Below the pieces are notes generated by a model. That model did no database searches, had not been told where the DNA came from, and saw nothing but the letters and a program-made list of their open reading frames with translations. From the human T2T-CHM13v2.0 reference genome, Homo sapiens: DNA of 64,000 nucleotides. The stretch lies in NCBI RefSeq assembly GCF_009914755.1, contig NC_060925.1; one strand, given 5' to 3'. Shown one piece after another: positions 1 through 13,239 of this stretch (position 1 is the first letter of the stretch; each line of letters begins with the position of its first letter). Position numbers and translations under genes: made by a program.

Positions 1-1809
1 TCCGGCCCAGGGAAAGCCATCGTCTCCGGCCCAGGGAAAGCCATCGTCTCCGGCCCAGGGAAAGCCATCGTCTCCGGCCCAGGGAAAGCCATCGTCTCCG
101 GCCCAGGGAAAGCCATCGTCTCCGGCCCAGGGAAAGCCATCGTCTCCGGCCCAGGGAAAGCCATCGTCTCCGGCCCAGGGAAAGCCATCGTCTCCGGCCC
201 AGGGAAAGCCATCGTCTCCGGCCCAGGGAAAGCCATCGTCTCTAGCCCAGGGAAAGCCATCGTCTCCGGCCTAGGGAAAGCCATCGTCTCCGGCCCAGGG
301 AAAGCCATCGTCTCCGGCCCAGGGAAAGCCATCGTCTCCGGCCCAGGGAAAGCCATCGTCTCCGGCCCAGGGAAAGCCATCGTCTCCGGCCCAGGGAAAG
401 CCATCGTCTCCGGCCCAGGGAAAGCCATCGTCTCTAGCCCAGGGAAAGCCATCGTCTCCGGCCTAGGGAAAGCCATCGTCTCCGGCCCAGGGAAAGCCAT
501 CGTCTCCGGCCCAGGGAAAGCCATCGTCTCCGGCCCAGGGAAAGCCATCGTCTCCGGCCCAGGGAAAGCCATCGTCTCCGGCCCAGGGAAAGCCATCGTC
601 TCCGGCCTAGGGAAAGCCATCGTCTCCGGCCCAGGGAAAGCCATCGTCTCTAGCCTAGGGAAAGCCATCGTCTCTAGCCTAGGGAAAGCCATCGTCTCCG
701 GCCCAGGGAAAGCCATCGTCTCCGGCCCAGGGAAAGCCATCGTCTCCGGCCCAGGGAAAGCCATCGTCTCCGGCCCAGGGAAAGCCATCGTCTCCGGCCC
801 AGGGAAAGCCATCGTCTCTAGCCTAGGGAAAGCCATCGTCTGTAGCCTAGGGAAAGCCATCGTCTCCGGCCCAGGGAAAGCCATCGTCTCCGGCCTAGGG
901 AAAGCCATCGTCTCTAGCCTAGGGAAAGCCATCGTCTCTAGCCTAGGGAAAGCCATCGTCTCCGGCCCAGGGAAAGCCATCGTCTCCGGCCCAGGGAAAG
1001 CCATCGTCTCTAGCCCAGGGAAAGCCATCGTCTCTAGCCTAGGGAAAGCCATCGTCTCCAGCCCAGGGAAAGCCATCGTCTCCGGCCCAGGGAAAGCCAT
1101 CGTCTCTAGCCTAGGGAAAGCCATCGTCTCCAGCCCAGGGAAAGCCATCGTCTCCGGCCCAGGGAAAGCCATCGTCTCCAGCCCAGGGAAAGCCATCGTC
1201 TCCGGCCCAGGGAAAGCCATCGTCTCTAGCCTAGGGAAAGCCATCGTCTCCGGCCCAGGGAAAGCCATCGTCTCCGGCCCAGGGAAAGCCATCGTCTCTA
1301 GCCCAGGGAAAGCCATCGTCTCTAGCCTAGGGAAAGCCATCGTCTCCAGCCCAGGGAAAGCCATCGTCTCCGGCCCAGGGAAAGCCATCGTCTCTAGCCT
1401 AGGGAAAGCCATCGTCTCCAGCCCAGGGAAAGCCATCGTCTCCGGCCCAGGGAAAGCCATCGTCTCCAGCCCAGGGAAAGCCATCGTCTCCGGCCCAGGG
1501 AAAGCCATCGTCTCTAGCCTAGGGAAAGCCATCGTCTCCGGCCCAGGGAAAGCCATCGTCTCCGGCCCAGGGAAAGCCATCGTCTCCGGCCCAGGGAAAG
1601 CCATCGTCTCCGGCCTAGGGAAAGCCATCGTCTCTAGCCTAGGGAAAGCCATCGTCTCTAGCCTAGGGAAAGCCATCGTCTCCGGCCCAGGGAAAGCCAT
1701 CGTCTCCGGCCCAGGGAAAGCCATCGTCTCTAGCCCAGGGAAAGCCATCGTCTCTAGCCTAGGGAAAGCCATCGTCTCCAGCCCAGGGAAAGCCATCGTC
1801 TCTAGCCTA
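1..1809. repeat. 24-bp minisatellite (VNTR), consensus TCCGGCCCAGGGAAAGCCATCGTC, 75 full units plus a partial unit; continues beyond the window start
   Basis: Read directly. Phase is kept with no indels from 1 to 1800. Variation is confined to the first 9 nt of the unit (tccggccca, tctagccca, tccggccta, tctagccta, tccagccca, tgtagccta). Confidence 0.99.
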
Positions 1810-2100
1810 TGTTATTGTGACACTCTTAACCTCATCTCATGCTTGACCCCTTGAATCCATTCTCTATATACTTCTCTAGACAGAATTAGAATCATCTTTT
1901 TACAAACATGAAGGATTCAGTCACACCCACATTTCAAACATTTCAATGGTTTTCTGCTACTTCAGAAGAAAATTGAAACTTCTTCAAATGGCCTAACACG
2001 GCTCCGCTTGATCCAGCCTCTACCACACAACAGCCATCCCCACTCTTCTAGCCTTGCTCCCTCATGGCATGGCTTTAAATGCCACCATTGGAGGAAGTCC
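1801..2100 (+). mobile_element. L2 LINE fragment (3' region), contiguous with the end of the VNTR
   Basis: Resembles recalled L2 3' consensus (catttcaatggttttc...agaaaattgaaacttcttcaaatggcct...gatccagcc); highly diverged. Confidence 0.7.
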
Positions 2101-2111
2101 ATCCTTAATCA

Positions 2112-2427
<316 letters not shown>

Positions 2428-2649
2428 CCCCAAAACTTAAAAGATTCTCCCTTGCATGAGAATCTTATTTGCCCTCCACTTACCACCATTTATAATAATT
2501 CCTCTTTTTGTTTCCTTCCTGCCCTGTTATTAACACCTCTGAAGGTTGGCCCCATGCAGGGAACATACTACTTTTATAGTGCACTCGGCTGGCAAGCAGT
2601 CTTTCTTACTTTCTCTGTGTTGTGTCTATGTATACACAGCATATCTGTG

Positions 2650-2780
2650 AGGGAGATATTAATATTATTCCCATTTTACAGATAAAGAAGATGTGAAGCA
2701 TATGGAGGCTAAGCCCCTCCCTCCATCAGGCCACAGAGCCAGGTGCAAGCCCAGTCTCACCCCAGCATCCTGGCTCCTGT
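2650..2780 (-). mobile_element. MIR fragment
   Basis: attattcccattttacagataaagaa matches the reverse complement of the MIR core. Confidence 0.6.
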
Positions 2781-4027
2781 CAGCTGTCGTTTATCATCAC
2801 TATACACCAGCACGCCTGGCTCTTTGTAGGAGCTGAGTGAACATGGGCAGAAGGAATCGTGAAGTAAACGCTTCCAAGTCGGAACATCCAGAGACATTTG
2901 GTTCCTCTCTAGGTGCTCTTACCCATTCCTAGTTCTACTATTTATGCTGGGAGGCATCTTCTGTCCCTTACTAATTGATAAGTTCATCTAGGGCAAGAAT
3001 CATGATTTATCCATCTTCGTGCCTCTCATGATACCCAACAGTAGGCGCTCAAAAAACTTTTCCTAGTGTGTGCAGGCATTTAAAACTCAGTAGAAATTAA
3101 CCACAATTGCAATGAAGTAAAATTCAACTAAGAGTTCCCACAAAAAATAAGTACAACAGTCACCATTCCAGTCATTTATAGAGCTGATCTGAATCCAGAG
3201 GTAAGTTTCCAGAATTAAAGAGCTGTTTTATAGACTGCGTCTTTCTACTTCACGAGTGGGTAGAAATCATCTTTATTAGAAAAAAAATAAGTGCGGGAGG
3301 GCGGGGGGCAGAGAGAACTATTTCAAAAGGTTTTTCCCTGTTTGTCCTAAATCCTCCAGAGCAGGCAGTTAAACGTTGAGTCCAGCGTTTCGGAGCCTGG
3401 CCAGTCTATTACAGGCCTTGGTGGTGAAAGGCAGAGTGGCCTCATCCAAGCTTTGTCTCTCGTCAGCAATGCTACCTGTGCTGGCCTTTCCGCCTTACTT
3501 CCCAAACTCCTCTCCCATTTCTCATTTCTGCTCCCATTTCCCCTTGTTCCCTCCAACACTACGAAGGCAAATTATGGGGCTCAATACTGAGAAGTCCTTT
3601 CCACCTTATTGATAATGAATTTCTTTCCTGGGAAACACCTGGGAAAGAGACCAAAAATTCAGGACAGTACAGCCTAATCTGAGGTATCTGTCCATTCTTG
3701 GCAGGTATGCATTGCTAAAAGCATGTGACTACTACCGTATATCAGAGAGCCCTTTTATGGAACGTGGCTCTCTGCTCCATGAGTGGGTGGAAATAATATT
3801 TAGTGAAAAGAAGAGTCTCGGCATCTTAATGAAAGAAACCTAGATAGGAGATGAGTCATTTAAACCCTCTCTCTGTCATCACACAGAAATAGCTTGAAGA
3901 AAGAAGGAGTCAACTCAAATGCCCAAGGAGGGCAATGGCAACAGAGATTTGGGAATCTTTTCCAGGGTAAAAACAACTGGGATGGGCTAGGGGTGAATAA
4001 GGAAGTTCCATCCTGTCTAAAGGTGTC

Positions 4028-4476
4028 TGTTATGGGGTGAATTATGTTCCCTCCAATAAGATTATGTTGAAGTCTTAACCCCCAGTACCCTAAAATGTGA
4101 CCTTATTTGGAAATAAAGTCACTGTAGATAGAATGAGTTAGGAAAAGATCACACTAGAGAGTAAGTAGGCCCGAAATTCAACATGACTGGCATCCCAGTA
4201 AGAAGGTGGCCATGAGAAGACAGACACAAGGAGAGTTCCACATGAAGACGGGGGCAGAGACTGGGGTGATGCAGGTACAAGCAGGGAACACCAAGGACAG
4301 CCTGCTGCCACCAGGAGCTACGGGAAAGAAACGGAACAGTCTGCCTCAGAAGGAGCTCACCCTGCCCACACGCCCTGATTTCAGACCTTTACCCTCAGAA
4401 TTGTGAAAAAAATTTTGTTGTTTTAAGCTACCCTGTTTGTGGTATGTCACCATGGCCGTTTTAAGAATCGAATACA
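4028..4476 (+). mobile_element. MaLR solo LTR (MLT1B/C-like)
   Basis: Starts TGttatgg...aatgtgaccttatttggaaata, ends tttaagcta...gtggta...aataCA. Confidence 0.85.
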
Positions 4477-4679
4477 GCATCCCAATTCAGACTTAAAAAA
4501 CGCAAGATGACCAAACCCAGCCCCGGCAGCTAGATGGTCTCTAATTCCAATGCTCACTATTCAGTGGGCAGTCACATTTCTGTCAAAAACAAAAATGCAG
4601 TTACAAAACATTTTCTGGCTAAACAATGCATTCTCCTGGATCTCACACATCAGAATTATCTTCCAGATCCCAGGGGTGA

Positions 4680-4830
4680 GAAGCGCAGCTTCTGCGTCAG
4701 ACACCAGTCTAGTGGACATCGCACGCTAGCCCTGCCACTCGCCAGCTGTGGGGCTTTGGGAGCTCTGTGCCTCAGTCTCCTCCACCTATAAGTGGGAATG
4801 ATAGTGAAGTCGGCCTCACAGATGAGGATG
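4680..4830 (+). mobile_element. MIR fragment
   Basis: ctgccactcgccagctgtggggctttggg...ctgtgcctcagtctcctccacctataa core. Confidence 0.7.
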
Positions 4831-5565
4831 CAGGGCACACTGGGAAGCCTGCTGAATTACAACGAGGGGGAGAACTCAGCAACCCAAGCGGCATGATCTC
4901 TATCACAGGCTGCAGCACTGGATTTTACCTTACTGTGCATGATTTTTCATTTGCTTTACTGTGAACTCACCTAGGACGGGGTCCAGGCCTTGGTCACTTT
5001 TGCTCTCCTTGCACATGTGTGGCAGGTAGTCAGACATGCCTCGGGAATGAAGGCAGGAATGTACTTCATCGACTCCACTCCTGTGATGTGAGATCCCTGA
5101 GGGCAGGACCCAAGTCCTACATCAACCCTAGAGCCCAGCACCAGGTAAGAGGCCACACAGAGGGCAACGAAGTCATTGTGTTGGAAGGACGTCTGTAGAT
5201 GTATTGCTCAACTCTGCCAAGCTAGCATGGGAGCAGGAATTAAATGCTTCATTCCAGTTTCAAGGTCTGAGTTTGTCTGTTTCCTTTCTGCTTATCACAC
5301 ACATGACATGTAGAACAAATTAGGGTGATGCTTCCTCACTGAGGCTTTTTGGGAAACCTATTAAACCAAGGTGGAAAAAATAATTCAAGAACATGACAAA
5401 TGCAGCTGTCAGTAACTCTGCAACAGGCAGCAAATGCTGAGAAATGCACTTATTCTCTATGGCTGCCGACGTTGACTGGAAAGCTGCTTTGCAGTCTGGG
5501 AAACAAATCCCTACTCCAGACTGTATGATATGGATTCTGTCTCAGTGGATTGGCATTGTCTAGAC

Positions 5566-5779
5566 TAGCAGTCAACAAACTACAGCCCATGGTACCTCGG
5601 CCACTGTTTTTGTAAATCAAGTTTTGTTGGTACTCGTCCCTGCCTTTCCAGTTATGTATTGCTTATGGCTGCTTTTGAGCTACAAGGCAGAGTAAAGCAG
5701 TTCTAAGAAAGACGGTATAGCCCAGAAAGCCTAAATCATTCACTATCTGACCCTTTAGAGAGAGGTCTGTTGATCCCTA
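5566..5779 (+). mobile_element. MER58A-like hAT-Charlie DNA element
   Basis: caaactacagcccatgg...tgtttttgtaaatcaagttttgttgg...tatggctgctttt...aaagcctaaa...actatctgaccctttag. Confidence 0.85.
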
Positions 5780-6238
5780 ACTTGGAGTATCCCACTGTGA
5801 TTACACTTAAAATTAAGCTTGAAGAGGACAGAAACCTTGTTTATCTGGGTCAGACCTATCTAGACGATGACCTACCTGATTTATAGTAGGTGCTCAATAA
5901 GTCTGCAAAGAATAAACATGAGGCCAAATAAATATTGAGGTTTTAGGACAGGTAGTGCCAACAGCACACAGTGCTAAGGGGATGCCTGCTGGGCTAGACC
6001 AGTGTCCCGAAGCTCTGCCCTTTTTGAGAGGATGAGGATCTGCCACTGCTGGGTGTCCCTTGGTTAACTAGCTACCTGAGAGCCCTCTGGGAGCCCTGGG
6101 CTGCACAGACAACCAGGACATCTTCATTTTAAGAATTCAATAGCATTGAGCTGTCAGGACAGATTAAACCTGACTAAGAAGAACCTTTCAGAATCCTTCT
6201 ATGTATATACATTTACATTAGAAATGTTTTAAAGGAAT

Positions 6239-6400
6239 AAACACTTGCAAAGCGGTTTAAATTTAAAGGTTCCCTTATACAACTGAACCCAAAACAGCTG
6301 TCAGAAACCAAACATTTATAAATACAAATGCTCAAGGTACCAAGTGAAAAAAAGATTTTTAGATCTAAAAGAAAAAGTCCAATCTATCCTGCCATAACAA
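6239..6400. repeat. Dispersed direct duplication, copy 1 (copy 2 at 7615-7771)
   Basis: Manual alignment gives about 19 substitutions and one 5-nt indel over about 157 nt. Confidence 0.95.
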
Positions 6401-6878
6401 AAGCAAAGAAGGAAACAGAAAAGCCAGACTTTCTGAGAATGATCCTTTAATGTTAATACTGAAAGCATGTGTAAGTTCTGGCTCCAATAAAGTTGTTTAT
6501 GGTTAGAGTTAAGTAAGAAGGGGTCCTTTAACTTGGGAAACGATTACATAGAACTTGTTGCAGAAAGAAAGAATTCCATACTATTTCTCTTTTTCTATTT
6601 TGTCCTCTCAAAGAACTGTTGCTTCCATGCATCAGGTCTTCAAACCAGGCTTGGGCAGGCGAGTCTCCCAGCCCTCCCTCCAGCCTGGCTCTGGGTGCAG
6701 ACCCACGGTCATGGGGACCTTGAGCACGTGGGGTCTTCTTTTAGGAGGGTTTGTGGAACTGTAGCTCTTTACATAGCCCAGAGACATTCTCCCTTTAAAG
6801 TTTTTGGGTAATGCTCAATTCCATCTTTAAAGAGGTGGGAGTTTTAATAGCACAGCTGTAATAGAATCACATTTCGAG

Positions 6879-7157
6879 TTTTTGAGACAGGATCTTGTTC
6901 TGTCACCCAGGCTGGAGTGCGGTAGCATGATCACAGCTCATTGCAGCCTCCACCTTCTGGGCTTAAGTGATCCTCTGGTCTCAGCCTCTGGAGTAACTGG
7001 GACCAGCATGAGCCACTGCAGCTGGCTAATAGTTTTTTGTAGAGATGAAGTCTCACTATGTTGCCCAGGCTGGTCTCAAACTCCTGGGTTCAAACAAGTG
7101 TCCTACCTGGGCTTCCCAAAGTGCTGGGATTACAGATGTCAGTCACTACATCTGTCC
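6879..7157 (-). mobile_element. Alu (AluJ-like)
   Basis: tttgagacaggatcttgttctgtcacccaggctggagtgc...gatcacagctcattgcagcc; short cacattt TSD-like flanks. Confidence 0.95.
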
Positions 7158-7614
7158 CACATTTATATTTAAATAGAAGTAGCATCCTATAGTCTCAATT
7201 TCTGATCAAATGTGAAACAATCAAAATGTCAGTCTGAGAGTTGATCTAATATAATAGTAAAGGCTCACTTATAGGCTAAATACTTCCATCAAATAAATCT
7301 TAAAGTAACATTTTCTAATTCAGGTTTTGTTTTGTTTTTTACTAATCCCCTTCTAAACCCACTTAATTTGTATTTAATTCATATTCCCAATAATAAAATC
7401 AAGGAACTACGGAAACATTGCATATTCCACTAAACTGTGTTTACAATATTAACAAAATCTATTTACTCCATAGAATAAGCAAAAACTCAGACAAGAATTG
7501 ACTCACTGGGTTCGCTTTGAGGACTGTTATATTCCATTTAGAGGTAGGATTTCCTTATTTCTTTCGTAGCCACACCTTTGGAGATGTGGCCAAGCATTCT
7601 TTACACGAAACAAG

Positions 7615-7771
7615 AAACACTTGCAAAGCGGTTCAAATTCAAAGGTTCCCTTATACAGTTGAATCCAAGACTGCTGTCAGAAACCAAACATTTATCAACG
7701 CAAATGCTCAAGGTACTGAGTGGAAAAAAGGTTCTTAGATCTAAAAAGTCCAATCTGCCCTTCCATAGCAA
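7615..7771. repeat. Dispersed direct duplication, copy 2 (copy 1 at 6239-6400)
   Basis: aaacacttgcaaagcggtt...ggttcccttataca...gctgtcagaaaccaaacatttat...agatctaaaa is shared with copy 1. Confidence 0.95.
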
Positions 7772-8646
7772 GGAGCTGGGGCTCTGCATGATGGTAGATG
7801 ACTTCCAACGTGATCTTTCCCCCCATGCTACCAGCTGAGAAGACCTCATACTGAAGGTCTTCACAGAGACAATATGCCTCATCTCCCTGGCCTTATTTTG
7901 TGGCAGCTTTCGGGACATTGTTTTCAGTTATAACTTTTCAGACTCTTTCACCCCATGGGGGTTGTGTTCCCATATTAGAATTAATATAAATGCATTTTCA
8001 TCAAAAGGAAAGAAAATAGAAAAAGAAAATTAATGACTAGTTACAGCAAATTCATTATTTCCCCTAAAAACTAAACACATCAAAATGCTGCTTCTTTATC
8101 CAAATTCTTCACCATATTGAAATCATGAAATGAAACGACAACCAGCTTTCATGACCAGCTAAGAAACGCATTTGATGAGATCAAAAGTCCAGCACGTGGC
8201 CCCCTGGGACCCACGACCAGATGCCCATGGCAGATTTTTAAATTGTTTGACTTTTCTTCTTAAAAATCTACGTCCTGTTTTGCTGTTGTTCATTTCAAAC
8301 CTCCTGTGTGGGAGTGTTAATAAAATCTAACATCTGTAAATTTCTCATATTGGTTTGATGAATCCTTGCTCAAACATTCTCCTTTATTCTGGCTCTAAAT
8401 GATGTGATCTCAGCCATCTCCTGAAAGTATCCAAAGATTAAGACAAAGATTTAAAAGCCCCATTGAAACCACAAACAAAAAGCCCCTGAACACCTCAAGA
8501 CTGAGTCTCCCAACACAGGCTATGATGGAATCGTTTCGGTTTCAAGGAATCAGTAGCAAGAAGAACAGTCAGCTCCTGCTGAGAAAGGGCCAGGAGGAAG
8601 AGTGTAATGAGGGAGAGAATAAAGGTATGCTTCAGCTTAAAACTAA

Positions 8647-9417
<771 letters not shown>

Positions 9418-9449
9418 ATCTAAGACCTGCTACACTGATTATCCTCTCA

Positions 9450-10450
9450 TCCTACATTTTTGAGTCTCTCCTTTCATATTGCTTCTTTCCCTAAGCATAT
9501 AAACATGTTCAAATTTGTCATCTTAAAACATAAACAAAAGTCTCCCTGACCTCCCTGGGAATGTAGTGTATTTCTCTTTCCTTCTGTACACATGTAGGTT
9601 CTTAAGAGAATGTTCTCCATACACCACTTCCATCCGACTTCTCCTTGCTCTGTAATCTATTTGCCCTCTCAACTCTGCTGAATGTGCACATCTCACGACC
9701 CCACATGAACTTAACAGTTTCCAGGCCAATGGATACTTCTTAAGTCCCTGTTTGACTCTCTGCCTTACCTACCATCGCTCACCTGACCACACAGCATTCC
9801 CTCCTCCCTTGGATTTTATAACCTCTCCCTATCCTGGATCTCCTACCACCTCCTTCACTGCCTCCCTTTTGGTCTCCCGTCCTGGAATATCTGCTTTTCA
9901 CCATCCCTATAAGTGCTGGGGATCCCTTGGGACCTGTCCTTGGCTCTCGTCTTCTGATGCCATACATTTTGCCTGAGAGTTCTCATCCATGCCTGTCTTT
10001 CACCTATAATCTATATCCTAATGGCTCTCAAATCTAGACTTCTCTTCTAAACTTCAACTACATAGAATGATCATCAATTAGACAATTATATTTGTCCAAT
10101 AGGCATCTCAAAGTTATCAATACTTAAAAGTGAACCCATTAATTTCTACCTTGTTCCTGTTCCCCTTCCTTTATTTTTTACCTAACAAAATGGCTCCTCC
10201 AACTGCTCACTCATGCAAACCACCTTTATGTCCTTAAGGAAAAACATGTCCTTACGTCTCAAGCACAATCACAGTTCAGAGGTGGGTCCAATCCACCTCT
10301 TAACTGTCTCAAATCTGCTCCCTTATTCCCGTCTCCAATACTGTTGCTCCAACTTCGGTCAACATCATAATACTTGGTTCTTCCCTTTCTTAACTGCATT
10401 TCTAGTCACCTCCTTCTCATATTTTAAGCTCCAATAACACCAAAAACTAG
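9450..10450 (+). mobile_element. L2 LINE fragment (~1 kb, degraded ORF2/3' region)
   Basis: Pyrimidine-rich with L2-like motifs (ccaatggatacttct, gtccttggctctc, ctcatccatgcc, aataggcatctcaaagtt); boundaries approximate. Confidence 0.7.
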
Positions 10451-12299
10451 TTAATGATATCTTTGAATGTGGCATGCTCTCTTACAATGGAAAACTTCTA
10501 TATATTTTATTCCCTCTGCTTGGAAAATTATTAAAATCCCTGCACCAACATGTTCTTTCCAAAACCTTCCCAAATGTTCTTGACTTTGGACTCCTTTCTG
10601 GCTCTCATTCCACTTGAAACCTGCCTCCATTACAGCAATTACCTGTTTCCAAGCCTAACACTGCGCCATTCAAAGGTAAATCCTTGAATTCCTAGTGCTG
10701 ATAATACCTGGCTCAAAATAGGAGCCCTACTAAAAAGTACTTTTATACAACATACATCAGTGATTCTGAACAAGGAAACACACTCCCCTGGCAGTAGAGT
10801 AAGCGAGTCTACCAAACATTTTAGGATCGTTTTTAGCGTTTAATTCTCCTCCTACAGAATTTTAGATAACTAACATCACATTTATTTCATCTCAACTTTA
10901 ACATGTTTCATCTCTTGTTTACTTCATTTCTTCAAGGAACTTGAGAGAGGACCCACTGAAATTCAGTTTGGGGATGTTAGGAACCTGTTGGAAGATTTTC
11001 TGGAGAAGTTTTCTCATTACAACAGTGTTTCCTTTCTAGTCATTAGAAGAATGAAGGGAGCTGAGGGAAGCAGATACTTGAGAGTTTTACATTTTCTGTA
11101 CCTCAGTTTGTTCTCTACCATTTCAGTAAAAGACAGCTACTCCCAAATACATTTTTGCTGTATGCAACTGTGCTGTTATTCCTGTAGCTGGTCCAAGTTT
11201 TATAGATTACTCACACAGCCCCCTAGTGAGCCCAGCTGCTTTTATACTATTATGATGCCATAAACAAAATTACATAACATTTTAAGGCCAGTAATAAATG
11301 CCTGAACTAGCTGACTGGAACATGTAGCATTTGGGCATTTTCATGGTCTTCAGTGACGGTTTTACTGCCCTGAAAAGCCCTCCCTGTACGTTATCAAAGA
11401 ACAGGAAGTCTCCATGTCTCCACTCTCGGTTGTTCCAGCCTAAAGGTGACCCACCCACGCCCACATGCAAGGCTGGCAAGAACGGGTCATCGTCAAAGAG
11501 AATATGCTAAGTGCATTGAAACAGGCTGTGTACAACCTTCATCAAGCTTCAAGTAGTTAAAATCGTGCCTTACAAGTATTTTTAAAGAAAACTGGTATAG
11601 GTGGATACAGCAAATAAACATGTATTTGAAAATCCAGAGACAAATATAAGTAAAACTTGATGAACATATTTGCATTTTATGTAAATGTCAATGTACATGT
11701 TGTGGAACAACTTGGCTCTCTGCTGGAGAGCATACCTCCTTTTAAATGAGTCACCACTTGCGGATGAATAGGAAAACGCTGACAGATCCATGCGAGATAA
11801 AACGGATCACAGCAGTCTTGGAATCAACACACTTTTATGATGAAACCAACTCATATTCATGCCTCCAAACACAGCTTAGGCTTGAAACCAAGTTGCAGAA
11901 CGTCCAAAAATTCTTGAAGAATCCAGATGTTCCCATAATCAGCCACTGATCAATTTCCCAGGAGAAAAGGACTTAAACAAGGATGGGAAATTCCAAGACG
12001 TTTAATACCCAGAGGATATCTGCACCCAGAGAAATGTCACACTCAGACCACAGGAAGCTATAGCTCTGCTGTTGACTGATGTAGTCAGGTGTCTAGAATT
12101 TTATGCCAGCCTCTACCCACTACACACCATTACTGTTTTGAGATAAATTAGCAAACACCAAAAATTAGAGGTAAAAAAGATCTAGAAAAAAAACAATTGA
12201 AACGAACTAAAGAAGCCAGAGCCAGGGAGGTTTAACAATCATTAGTAACAGGTGATATCCACTGAAACTTTTCCATGTTCTTCCAGCTTCACGCTAAGA

Positions 12300-12490
12300 A
12301 CTTCACGTTTTCTTAACTTATTCCTCACAACGATTTTTAATTTAAATTGATTATTCCCACTTTATAAATATGAAAACTAAGACTTAGCAATATTAAGAGA
12401 TTTACCCAAGGCACACGACTTATCAACAGTGGAGACGGAATCTGAACTCAGTCTTTCTGATTCCAAAGTCCCGGCACTTAAGCACCACAC
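12300..12490 (-). mobile_element. MIR
   Basis: attattcccactttataaatatgaaaactaagactt...tttacccaaggcacacgac...gaactcagtctttctgattccaaagtcc. Confidence 0.8.
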
Positions 12491-12584
12491 TGGAGCCTGA
12501 AGCAAAGGCTCATGGGTGACCCCAGTCTTAAACATCTGAGGGTTTGTAACATGGAAGACAGAACAGCTTCGTTGTATTCTAAAG

Positions 12585-12752
12585 CAGGAGTCCTCCAAAC
12601 CTGTTTGTACTGGAGAATCATCTCTGAAACTTAAAAAGAAAAAAGAAAATCCAGTTTCTACGGTCCCACTCACAGACTCTGCTTCAGCTGATCTGGCATG
12701 GAGGCCAGAAAACTGTATTTTTATAATGCTCTGCTGGGTTTGAGAATCACCG
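12585..12752. mobile_element. MER5-family hAT-Charlie element
   Basis: ggagaatcatct...cagactctgcttcagctgatctgg...ggtttgagaatcaccgct. Confidence 0.65.
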
Positions 12753-12836
12753 CTCCATACCTCAGAACTAGAATAAACGCAGAGGAATCACTAGGAGGCA
12801 GGTTTGGCTTTACGTTATTAAACAGACAAACCAAAC

Positions 12837-12840
<4 letters not shown>

Positions 12841-12868
<28 letters not shown>
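12841..12868. repeat. (CA)14 microsatellite
   Basis: Read directly. Confidence 0.99.
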
Positions 12869-12870
<2 letters not shown>

Positions 12871-12999
12871 GCCACCCACAAACCAGTCCTAACCACAGGG
12901 CTACACAAGCCTCCCCTGCCCAGTCCTAACCAACAGAGCTTCCCAAATGGAGCTGTAGCTGCCTGCTCAAGCGCCACGATATAATGGAGACAACCCAGT

Positions 13000-13200
13000 C
13001 TCTGGAAACAGAGGCTGCCATTTCCAGTTCTGATTCAGCCATTCTCAGGTGTGTAGCTCTGGTCAAGTTATTTTCTCTGAGTCTCAGTTTGCTCAACTGG
13101 AAATTATTGGAGAACACTTACCTCAAAGAATTGTTAAGAATTAGAGACAATTAGGTAAAATTCAAAGAACCGTGGCTGATGTGGCTGATGGTGCTCATAA
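13000..13200 (+). mobile_element. MIR
   Basis: ggtcaagttattttctctgagtctcagtttgctcaactggaaa...acctcaaagaattgttaagaattaga. Confidence 0.75.
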
Positions 13201-13239
13201 GCAAACGGCACCTGCCCACTTGAAATGTAACCATCTTCT

